From: Candidatus Giovannonibacteria bacterium RIFCSPLOWO2_01_FULL_46_13
GTDB taxonomy: Bacteria > Patescibacteriota > Minisyncoccia > JACPKW01 > UBA11713
Assembly (NCBI GenBank): GCA_001778785.1
Contig: MFIE01000019.1
Span: forward strand, 1,072-61,374
Length of the DNA: 60,303 nt
Reading direction: 5' to 3'
Below the pieces are notes generated by a model. That model searched no databases. It saw only the letters and a program-made list of their open reading frames with translations, and had not been told where the DNA came from. Both the position numbers and the translations under genes were made by a program. Of this stretch, positions 49,695 to 57,342 are shown in pieces (position 1 is the first letter of the stretch; each line of letters starts with the position of its first letter).

Positions 49695-51224
49695 CTACCT
49701 TGCGTATTCCACAACCCTGTTTTCGCGTATTACGTTCACTTTTATCTCTCCTGGGTATTTCAATTCCTGTTCGATGCGGTTTGCGATATCCCGGGCGAGG
49801 TTTTTCATCTCTAGGTCAGAAATTTTCTCTGGCGTCACAAAAACCCTTATTTCTCGGCCTGCTTGGATAGCATAAGCCTTATCAACGACCGGGAAGGAAC
49901 TCGCGATGCGTTCCAAATCCTCAAGCCTCTTTAGGTAATTTTCTACTGAATCGCGCCTGGCGCCAGGGCGGGAAGCGGAAATTGCGTCCGCGGTTTGCAC
50001 AATTATGGATTCCAGTGTCTCGTATGGGTACTCCTCGTGGTGGGATTGCATGGCCTGTACCACTTTATTGTCCACATTGAACTTCTGGAGGATCCTGCGG
50101 CCAATTTCGACGTGGGTTCCCTGGATTTCATGGTCGACGGCCTTGCCGATGTCGTGCAGTAAGGCGCCTTTCTTCGCGACTGCAACATCCCCGCCCAATT
50201 CAGAGGCGAGCATTCCGGAAACGTGGGCCATTTCTATCGAATGCTGAAGGACGTTTTGTCCGTATGACGTTCGGAATTTCAAGCGGCCCAAAAGCATGGA
50301 GAGGCGAGGGTCGATGTCGAAGACCCCAACTTCGAAGGCGGCCTTTTCTCCGGCGTCTTTGATCATTTTTTCAACTTCGTTCTTGGCTTTATCTACCGTC
50401 TCCTCGATTTTCGCGGGTTGGATCCTTCCATCCAGGATCAAATTCTCTAAAGCGATTCGGGCGATCTGCCTTCGGACCGGGTCGAAACTCGAAATGATGA
50501 CCGATCCCGGAGTATCGTCTACGATGACCTCCACTCCTGCGGCGCGTTCAAGGGCGCGGATGTTCCTCCCTTCTTTCCCGATTATTTTTCCCTTGATGTC
50601 GTCCGAAGGAATATTTACAGACGTCGTCGTTACGTCCGAAGCGGTCGAAGAGGCGATGCGCTGGATGACGGTCGCCAAAATATCCCGGGCTTTTTGCTCG
50701 AGTTTATCCTGCCCGAAGATTTCTACTTTCTGTATCCTCGCAAGCACGTCCGTTTCATATTTTTTCTCTACGGAATCGAGAAGCGCCTTTTTGGCTTCTT
50801 CTTCGGAGAGGTTTGCGATCTTTTGCAGCTCCTCCCGTTTTTTAGCCTCGATGTTTTCCGCTTCCTCCCTTATTTTCTTTATTTCCTCGGCTTTTTTCTT
50901 GAGGCTTTCTATTTCCTCATCAAAAGTCTTCCTTCGTTTTTCGAGGGCCTCATCTTTCTCTAGGACTTTTTCTTCTAATTTTCTTAGCTGATTTTCGCGC
51001 TCCTTCGTCTCTTTTCGGGACTCTTCTAGTACGCCCTCGGCTTTCTTTTTCGCCTCCTCTACGGTACCAGCTGCTTGATCTTTAGCATCGAGCAGGATTC
51101 TTTTTATCTGGACTTCGAGAGAATTTTTGCGATACTGCGCAATTACTTGGCGAAGTACATAGCCGACTGCCGTTCCGACAATTAACGATACGAGCGCCAC
51201 CAGCAATGGTGACGTTAAAATCAT
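49695..51224 (-). CDS. rny: Ribonuclease Y
   Basis: TM helix, coiled coil, KH (KGKIIGKEGRNIR), HD (LLHDIGK) and AIQAGREIRV. Confidence 0.97.
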   Translation of the reverse strand: MILTSPLLVALVSLIVGTAVGYVLRQVIAQYRKNSLEVQIKRILLDAKDQAAGTVEEAKKKAEGVLEESRKETKERENQLRKLEEKVLEKDEALEKRRKTFDEEIESLKKKAEEIKKIREEAENIEAKKREELQKIANLSEEEAKKALLDSVEKKYETDVLARIQKVEIFGQDKLEQKARDILATVIQRIASSTASDVTTTSVNIPSDDIKGKIIGKEGRNIRALERAAGVEVIVDDTPGSVIISSFDPVRRQIARIALENLILDGRIQPAKIEETVDKAKNEVEKMIKDAGEKAAFEVGVFDIDPRLSMLLGRLKFRTSYGQNVLQHSIEMAHVSGMLASELGGDVAVAKKGALLHDIGKAVDHEIQGTHVEIGRRILQKFNVDNKVVQAMQSHHEEYPYETLESIIVQTADAISASRPGARRDSVENYLKRLEDLERIASSFPVVDKAYAIQAGREIRVFVTPEKISDLEMKNLARDIANRIEQELKYPGEIKVNVIRENRVVEYAR

Positions 51225-51310
51225 AGTAATTTATCTCTTTTAATTGGGTCTCCAAATTAAATGCAAAAGGAATAATAACCAAATAGTAACAGAGGTGTTA
51301 CAATAAAGCA

Positions 51311-52867
51311 ATGGTTGTGCTTATTATTTTGGATGGGTTCGGGGTTTCACAGGATCCGGAATCGACCTTCTGGGTCGCGCGAAGAAATAACTTCGAACGC
51401 TTCGAAAAGTCCTACCCATTTACCACCCTTCAGGCCTCCGGCATCGCCGTGGGGCTCGCTTGGGGAGAGGAAGGCAATTCTGAAGTTGGCCACTTAATTT
51501 TGGGCGCGGGAAAAACCATCTACCACCACCTTCCGCGAATTTCCATCGCGATCCAGGACGGGACATTTTTCAAAAACGAATCTTTCAAGAAAGTTTCGGC
51601 TAAAATCAAAGAGAATAACGGCGCCTTGCACTTGATGGGCCTTTTTTCTTCGGGCTCGGTGCACGCCTACCCGGACCATCTGTATGCGCTTTTAGAATTT
51701 GCCAAGCGGGAAAATTTAAATAAAGTTTATCTGCATCTTATTACGGACGGCCGCGACGCGCCTTCGAGGGAAGCCAAGAATTTTGTCGCCTCGCTCGAGG
51801 AACGCATTTCCAAAGTTTATCCCTTCGCCAAAATCGCCTCTATCGTCGGGCGGGATTACGCCATGGACCGCGACAACGATTGGGACAAGATCGGAAAAAC
51901 TTACAATCTTTTTGTAAAAGGGGAGGGAAATAAATTCGAATCAGCTTCGAAATATTTGGATGAAGAATATAAAAAAGAAATCACGGACGAATTTATCGAG
52001 CCGGGGTACGACGGAAGCGAAGAGTCCCGGATAAAAAACGGGGACGGCGCCATCTTTTTTAATTTTCGGGAAGACTCCGCGCGAGAACTTACGCAGGCGT
52101 TCACGCTCCCGAGCTTTGATAAATTCCCGCGCGAGAAGTTGTCCGATTTGTTTTTTGTAACCATGACGGAGTACGAAGCGCGCTCGCCGGCCTTGGCCGC
52201 TTTCGGCCCCTTGGATGCGTTTACCCCTTTTGCAAAAGTCCTCTCGGACAATAATATTAAACAATTCCACATCGCGGAGACGGATAAATACGCGCACGTC
52301 ACATATTTTTTCAACGGCGGGAACGAAAGCCCTTTTCCGGGGGAAGACCGCTTTTTGGCGCCCTCTTTGCCGAGCTCGCATTACGACCGGACCCCCGAAA
52401 TGTCCGCGCGGAAGATTACGGAGGAAGTCTTGAGGCGTCTCGACGACTACCAATTTATACTTATAAATTTCGCCAACGCCGATATGGTCGGGCATACCGG
52501 AAGTTTTGAAGCGACGGTAAAAGCGCTCGAGACTTTAAACGACGAGGTCGGAAAAATCGTCGACCAAGTTTTGGAAAAAGGCGGGACGGTACTTATAACC
52601 GGGGACCACGGCAACGCCGAAGAAAAACGGTACCGCGTTACGGGTGAGAAAAAAACCAAACACAGCTTGAACCCCGTGCCGCTTTTCCTGCTCGACAAGA
52701 AATTCGAACGGGACAGGCCGCGCGAGAAAGAAGAAATTTTGAAAGACTACGCCAAGGTCGGCGGAGTCATCTCGGACGTCGCGCCAACGATTTTGGAATT
52801 GATGAAGATCCCCAAACCACCGGACATGACCGGCATCTCCCTCCTAGAAAAAATTACCAAGAGATAA
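51311..52867 (+). CDS. gpmI: 2,3-BPG-independent phosphoglycerate mutase
   Basis: LIILDGFG, GNSEVGH, DMVGHTG and DHGNAE motifs. Confidence 0.96.
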   Translation: MVVLIILDGFGVSQDPESTFWVARRNNFERFEKSYPFTTLQASGIAVGLAWGEEGNSEVGHLILGAGKTIYHHLPRISIAIQDGTFFKNESFKKVSAKIKENNGALHLMGLFSSGSVHAYPDHLYALLEFAKRENLNKVYLHLITDGRDAPSREAKNFVASLEERISKVYPFAKIASIVGRDYAMDRDNDWDKIGKTYNLFVKGEGNKFESASKYLDEEYKKEITDEFIEPGYDGSEESRIKNGDGAIFFNFREDSARELTQAFTLPSFDKFPREKLSDLFFVTMTEYEARSPALAAFGPLDAFTPFAKVLSDNNIKQFHIAETDKYAHVTYFFNGGNESPFPGEDRFLAPSLPSSHYDRTPEMSARKITEEVLRRLDDYQFILINFANADMVGHTGSFEATVKALETLNDEVGKIVDQVLEKGGTVLITGDHGNAEEKRYRVTGEKKTKHSLNPVPLFLLDKKFERDRPREKEEILKDYAKVGGVISDVAPTILELMKIPKPPDMTGISLLEKITKR

Positions 52868-52875
52868 GAGAGAGT

Positions 52876-53079
52876 TTATTTAAAATATTCCTCGGTGAGT
52901 TGAGATTGGCGCAAGATCGAGCGGAATGTTCCGACAGGTATTTCTTTTCGATTTGCTGGGACGATGACAGTTAAATTCTTCTTTCGAAATTTAACATGGC
53001 TTCCACGCTGTGAAATATAAAGAAAGCCCTCCCGCTGAAGGACTTTTGTTATATGATTTGATGAATAAAGTTTAGGCAC
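52876..53079 (-). CDS. HicA-family toxin
   Basis: GTG start at 53079; QRGSHVKF..VIVP..EIPVGTFRSILRQ. Confidence 0.88.
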   Translation of the reverse strand: MPKLYSSNHITKVLQREGFLYISQRGSHVKFRKKNLTVIVPANRKEIPVGTFRSILRQSQLTEEYFK

Positions 53080-53302
53080 GGCTAATCGAAAATTCAACCA
53101 ATTCAGGTTTTATCACTTTCGTTATGTGTTCCCTTGGTTTGGCGTCTTCGAAATATAATTCGAGGGCCTCATTTAAATTTGCGAGAGCTTCCTTTTTTGT
53201 TTTACCAAAGCTGGAAATATCAACATTAAGACACTGGGCAACGTACTGTTTGCCTTCTTTCCAAACCACAGATTTAAATCCGGAGATTTTCATATGTTTC
53301 AT
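53072..53302 (-). CDS. HicB-family antitoxin (short, no DNA-binding domain)
   Basis: YVAQC..ISSFGKTKKEALANLNEALELYFE. Confidence 0.88.
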   Translation of the reverse strand: MKHMKISGFKSVVWKEGKQYVAQCLNVDISSFGKTKKEALANLNEALELYFEDAKPREHITKVIKPELVEFSISRA

Positions 53303-53359
53303 TATATAGTGAAGACGCAGCCGGGGCAAATTAATTTCCAAATCAGCCAGAGGCATAAA

Positions 53360-53467
53360 AATAAAAAACCGGAAGTAGGAGGGGTCTTGGGCACGAGGCC
53401 ATCATCCCCGGAGGGGGCCCCCAAAAGGAGGGATTGGGGGGACTCCTCCTACTTCCGGTTTTTTATT
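53360..53467. other. Long inverted-repeat, multibranched hairpin element
   Basis: Perfect 23-bp arms AATAAAAAACCGGAAGTAGGAGG / CCTCCTACTTCCGGTTTTTTATT enclosing three small hairpins. Confidence 0.7.
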
Positions 53468-53471
53468 TAAA

Positions 53472-54107
53472 TTATCTTTTCTTTTTTTCGTCCAGTGAAA
53501 TAAATCCGTTCTTTGTTTTTATTATCTGGTCGACTATCCCGTATATTTTCCCTTCGTTCGCGTCCATGTAAAAATCGCGGTCGGTATCTTTCTCGATTTT
53601 AGAAAGAGGCTGGTTGGTGTGCCGGGAGAGGATGTGGTTAACTTTGTCTTTGATGTGCAGGATGTGGTCCGAGGTAATTTTCAAATCCGAAGCTTGTCCT
53701 TCCATCGCGCCAAAAACTTGGTGGATCATTATTTCCGCATTCGGCAGGGCCAATCTTTTTCCTCTCATTCCAGAAGCCAAGAGGACGGCGGCGGCGGAGG
53801 CGGCGAAACCGACGCAGATCGTGGAGACGTCCGGTTTCACATATTGCATTGCGTCATAAATCGCAAGAGCCGAAGAGACGGAGCCTCCCGGGGAATTTAT
53901 ATATAGGTTGATGTCTTTTTTCGGGTCTTCGTGCTGTAAAAACAGGAGCTGGGCGATGACGGTGTTGGCGACGGCGTCGTTTATGGGCCCGCCCAAGAAA
54001 ATGATGCGTTCTTTTAGTAATCTCGAATAAATGTCGTACGCCCGTTCCCCGAAACTGGTCTTTTCGATGACGGTCGGTATCAAAACTTGGTTATATTCGT
54101 CGTTCAT
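53472..54107 (-). CDS. clpP: ATP-dependent Clp protease proteolytic subunit
   Basis: [30 protein letters not shown] and DTDRD motifs. Confidence 0.97.
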   Translation of the reverse strand: MNDEYNQVLIPTVIEKTSFGERAYDIYSRLLKERIIFLGGPINDAVANTVIAQLLFLQHEDPKKDINLYINSPGGSVSSALAIYDAMQYVKPDVSTICVGFAASAAAVLLASGMRGKRLALPNAEIMIHQVFGAMEGQASDLKITSDHILHIKDKVNHILSRHTNQPLSKIEKDTDRDFYMDANEGKIYGIVDQIIKTKNGFISLDEKKKR

Positions 54108-54209
54108 TGGAGTAAAGTGTAATTTATACGGGGACTAAAGTCAATTGTCCAAAAACCCCTTATTTTATAGCCTATTTTAGGCAATCAAATAGTCAATCTT
54201 GTCTATCTC

Positions 54210-54238
54210 TTGACAAGATATGGTATCCATGCTATACT
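54210..54238 (+). promoter_or_regulatory. Island promoter P1
   Basis: TTGACA-N17-TATACT with an extended TG. Confidence 0.75.
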
Positions 54239-54284
54239 AGGAAAATAAGGTGAGCGAAGGGCAGAGGGGAGTGAAACGGGGTAC

Positions 54285-54313
54285 TTGACAAGAATTAACC
54301 ACGGTGGTATAAT
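54285..54313 (+). promoter_or_regulatory. Island promoter P2
   Basis: Perfect TTGACA-N17-TATAAT with an extended TG. Confidence 0.8.
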
Positions 54314-54376
54314 AGACAAATAATTGAAAAGTGAATAGGTTAACTACTTTCTTTAGAGGAGAAAGCCGGTAATACG

Positions 54377-54431
54377 AAAAAAGGCGATTTGGCGTAACTT
54401 CTCTAGGGACTGTGCTAAATCGCCTTTTTTT
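54377..54431 (+). terminator. Leader terminator/attenuator-like hairpin
   Basis: AAAAAAGGCGATTTGGCGTA..TGTGCTAAATCGCCTTTTTTT, about 60 nt after P2. Confidence 0.6.
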
Positions 54432-54555
54432 GTTGCTACGCACTTCGTAGCCTTGGCGAAGTAGTGAGTCGAGATGGAGTGAAGAACAAAAATCATATAC
54501 AGTGTCTTCCTCCATCTGGGCTCATTTAGAAAATTATATAGAAGGAGGTGAGAAA

Positions 54556-54669
54556 ATGGTCGAGGAATCTGGGAAGTTTGTTCTCGTCGATGGCTTCGTG
54601 GCAAGCGCGAAGCCGATGACGAAGAGGGAGATCGCGGATCTGCGCGAGCAGGTTCGCGAGAGTAAGTAG
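54556..54669 (+). CDS. 37-aa small protein
   Basis: AAGGAGGTG SD; MVEESGKFVLVDGFVASAKPMTKREIADLREQVRESK. Confidence 0.55.
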   Translation: MVEESGKFVLVDGFVASAKPMTKREIADLREQVRESK

Positions 54670-54815
54670 GCAAAAAACAGGAAAGGAGGTGCGTATGTCT
54701 TGTACATATTGCACCTCCCGACCTCAACCCAGCGCTCGAAGTAATTTCGAGAATTGAGTTGAGGGTGATCTTTGGAAAAAATAGTGTGCGAAACAAATTG
54801 AAAAGGAGAAAGAAA

Positions 54816-55046
54816 ATGGATTTTAAGGACTATCAGAAGCTAGAGGAAAGGGTGGGGGTCGCGGTGGTTTTTATTTTTTCCTCGGTTGCGTTGTCGGCCC
54901 TTTATATATGGCCGACTGGACTTACCTTTGTTCTCTGCTTCGCGGCCGCTTTCGCGGTTGGCGAGGCGACAAAGATTTGGCTGGGAGGAAAGTATGACCT
55001 CGTGACGAAGAGGATGGCGGAGGAGAGGATACGATTTATCGTATAA
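54816..55046 (+). CDS. Small 2-TM membrane protein
   Basis: AAAGGAG SD before ATG 54816; two hydrophobic helices. Confidence 0.65.
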   Translation: MDFKDYQKLEERVGVAVVFIFSSVALSALYIWPTGLTFVLCFAAAFAVGEATKIWLGGKYDLVTKRMAEERIRFIV

Positions 55047-55096
55047 CCTCTCCCCTCAACTGAGCTGACGAGAGAAATTTTCGAAGGCTCTGAGAG
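55022..55096 (+). repeat. Repeat B copy 1 (hairpin plus hammerhead-core-like motif)
   Basis: Matches 57138-57211 with 2 substitutions and 1 indel. Confidence 0.9.
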
Positions 55097-55115
55097 TTTG
55101 GAAGTTCTTTGAAAA

Positions 55116-55319
55116 TCAAATATCTTCGGGTGAAAGGCCAGCTTGTTTTAGGATTGATTTCAGCGTACCTTTTGGAATGTCTTTGTTGTGATAAGGCACA
55201 ATTGCACGTTTGCCATCGCTATTCCTATAAATAAAATGGCTTCCTTTGGAGCGTACGAAGTGGAAACCATTTTGCTCAAGCAGTTTGATGACTTGCTTTG
55301 GCGTTAGGGATTTAGGCAT
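55116..55319 (-). CDS. HicA-family toxin
   Basis: GF.FVRSKGSHFIY..IVPYH.KDIPKGTLKSILKQAG. Confidence 0.92.
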   Translation of the reverse strand: MPKSLTPKQVIKLLEQNGFHFVRSKGSHFIYRNSDGKRAIVPYHNKDIPKGTLKSILKQAGLSPEDI

Positions 55320-55608
55320 GAGTAAACGAGGCTGTTTTTCTAGGAAGGTCTATTGTGACTTCTCCGGTGTATGTTGGAGATTCATTGGGAATAGGCTCGC
55401 CCCGTTCAATCATATCTTCAAGATAGAGCTCAATAGCTTCTTTAGCCATTTTTTGAGCTTCATCAATGTCTCTTCCAAAGGTTATGCAGCCTGGTAACGC
55501 TGGAACGAGCACGGTAAAGCCGCCTTCCGGTTCTTTGCGTAGAATAATTGGAAATCGCAACTGACCATCAAATTTAGTGCGCTTTATTTTGTGAGTTTTC
55601 TTGACCAT
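55312..55608 (-). CDS. HicB-family antitoxin
   Basis: EPEGGFTVLVPALPGCITFG..EA..MAKEAIELYLE. Confidence 0.92.
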   Translation of the reverse strand: MVKKTHKIKRTKFDGQLRFPIILRKEPEGGFTVLVPALPGCITFGRDIDEAQKMAKEAIELYLEDMIERGEPIPNESPTYTGEVTIDLPRKTASFTHA

Positions 55609-55760
55609 AGCGCTATCTTACTATGACGAAACGGATGAATCAATGTTTCCGCCAGCTGGCGGAGAGTCGAGACGAGGTTAGAAGATAAAATTGTAATCTC
55701 ATCTCGATTCAATAGTGAATCGAACTGTTCTTCGAAAAAAAATTGAAAGGAGGTGCCAAA

Positions 55761-55934
55761 ATGGCCCCAAAAATAAAGTGCGACACATGCGGTCAGGAAG
55801 CCGCATGGGAGTGTCAGAATCTTGATGGTGCGCATGATGGGGATCGCGAGATCTTCGCGTGTGCTTCGTGCAGCTGGGAAAATCATGCCAGCTGCAAAAT
55901 GATTCCGGTCTCAACCCAGGGCGCCGAGGGCTAA
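55761..55934 (+). CDS. Small Cys/His zinc-finger (B-box-like) protein
   Basis: AAGGAGGTG SD; CDTC..A.WEC..CASC...H. Confidence 0.6.
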   Translation: MAPKIKCDTCGQEAAWECQNLDGAHDGDREIFACASCSWENHASCKMIPVSTQGAEG

Positions 55935-55999
55935 ATCGGCAGGAGCGGACGAAACTCCTCATAGAGGAGTTCTTCGAAAAAAATGAAAGGAGAATTATT

Positions 56000-56269
56000 A
56001 TGGGCGTTTTTACGCTCGATAAAACGGCCCAGGAAGAGTTGAACGATCTCTTCCGCAATGAGGATCATTGGTCCTCTGAGGGAACTCCTGGAGAAGGACA
56101 TTCTTCATTGGTGCGGTATGTTTCTAATCTCATTATCGCCGCACTTATGGCGAGTGGTAAGGTGGAGATCCCCGCGCCACTTGGGACCGAAGAGGTTTTG
56201 GAGACAGAAGTCATTGAATTGGCAGCTGTACTCCGAAGGAGGGCCGACCCTGACACACCGATGTCGTAA
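56000..56269 (+). CDS. Hypothetical acidic protein
   Basis: AAAGGAG SD before ATG 56000; 89 aa. Confidence 0.6.
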   Translation: MGVFTLDKTAQEELNDLFRNEDHWSSEGTPGEGHSSLVRYVSNLIIAALMASGKVEIPAPLGTEEVLETEVIELAAVLRRRADPDTPMS

Positions 56270-56447
56270 AACTCGGGAACCTGCCGGGCGCTGGCAGAAG
56301 TCGCAAGACTTGAAACGGCGCAAGTCCGATGCAAGGTCGGACGACTCCATCTGAAGTTCAACAAAAAAAGAACTACGATGGTGATGTTCTTTAATCAAAA
56401 AAATGCAAAGGGGAGAAGAATGCAAAATATTGCATTCTTCTCCCCGA

Positions 56448-56517
56448 ACGCTCGCGAGATGTGTGTCTCGCCTGATGAGCCCGCCAAAGGCGGGCAAGTC
56501 CAAAAGGACGAAAGCGT
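56448..56517 (+). ncRNA. Type III hammerhead ribozyme with a 19-nt hairpin insertion
   Basis: ACGCU-C | GCGAGA-UGUGUG-UCUCGC | CUGAUGA | [GCCCGCCAAAGGCGGGCAA] | GUCC-AAAA-GGAC | GAA-AGCGU. All core nucleotides and three helices are present. Confidence 0.8.
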
Positions 56518-56519
56518 GT

Positions 56520-56639
56520 GTTCTTTGAATTAAATATTATAGATTTCTGGTTGCCGTTTTGATTCTGATTTTTCGGAGTTGAAGCGGCGGCCGGAAAATC
56601 TAACCATTTCGGTTCGACCAAATAATTTCAATCCGGAGG
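56520..56639 (+). repeat. Repeat A copy 1 (boxA-like + G-U-rich hairpin + SD leader)
   Basis: 115/120 identical to 57219-57338. Confidence 0.92.
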
Positions 56640-56645
56640 CATGAG

Positions 56646-57092
56646 ATGAAAAAAGTAATTTGGCTGTCCCGACATGATTTGTCGGCAGCCCAAGTTAAGG
56701 CCCTTCGTGAACTCCATGGGGAGGACGCGGAGATTGTGAAAGAATCCCCGTCGCTTAACGGCCCGGAAGGTTTACTCGATTTCATCGAGAAGACCGATAA
56801 GGCTGGGTACGGTAACACGTTTGTGTACGCCGTGGCCGCCGCCGTGCATTACATTTCGGCGACGATCAGAGGAAAGCCGTTCGGAATTTTCGAAAACCAT
56901 CCGCAAAAGCGGATGGATGGAAGCTTCGGACTAGCGGCAGTGTACTGGGTAAACGTTAATCGTAACTACCCATGCACGGACGAACGGATGCCGGCGGGAC
57001 ATGACTCTCTTCGAAAGGTCTGGGTTAACCCAGACCCAATGACTGATTTCGGGGAGACTTTAATCCCCGTTGTCCGAGACGCTAACATATAG
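56646..57092 (+). CDS. Hypothetical protein (alpha/beta, W.SRH motif)
   Basis: GGAGG SD supplied by repeat A; MKKVIWLSRHDLSAAQ. Confidence 0.75.
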   Translation: MKKVIWLSRHDLSAAQVKALRELHGEDAEIVKESPSLNGPEGLLDFIEKTDKAGYGNTFVYAVAAAVHYISATIRGKPFGIFENHPQKRMDGSFGLAAVYWVNVNRNYPCTDERMPAGHDSLRKVWVNPDPMTDFGETLIPVVRDANI

Positions 57093-57137
57093 TTCTTTTT
57101 TGAAGGTTTCGAGATTGAACCTGAAAAATCTCACAAG

Positions 57138-57211
57138 GGAGAGGCTACGATTTATCGTACAACCTCTCCCCTCAACTGAGCTGACGAGAGAAATTTCGAA
57201 GGCTCTGAGAG
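57138..57211 (+). repeat. Repeat B copy 2
   Basis: Matches 55022-55096. Confidence 0.9.
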
Positions 57212-57218
57212 GTAGAAA

Positions 57219-57338
57219 GTTCCTTGAATTAAATATCATAGATTTCTGGTTGCCGCTTTGATTCTGATTTTTCGGAGTTGAAACGGCGGCCGGAAAATCT
57301 AACCATTTCGGTTCGACCAAACAATTTCAATCCGGAGG
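57219..57338 (+). repeat. Repeat A copy 2
   Basis: Matches 56520-56639. Confidence 0.92.
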
Positions 57339-57342
57339 TGCG

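Noticed and set aside
55948..55972. GACGAAACTCCTCATAGAGGAGTTC as another hammerhead stem III
   Set aside because: There is no upstream CUGANGA core, so it is treated as a simple hairpin before a boxA-like motif.
56391..57320. Paralogous minus-strand ORFs MVEPKWLDFPAA (56391-56621 and 57060-57320)
   Set aside because: They are by-products of the duplicated non-coding repeat A; the G-U pairing and SD orientation point to plus-strand function.
55022..57338. Island repeats as a CRISPR array or attC cassette sites
   Set aside because: Only two copies each of 75 and 120 nt, no regular spacers, no cas genes and no RYYYAAC/GTTRRRY ends.
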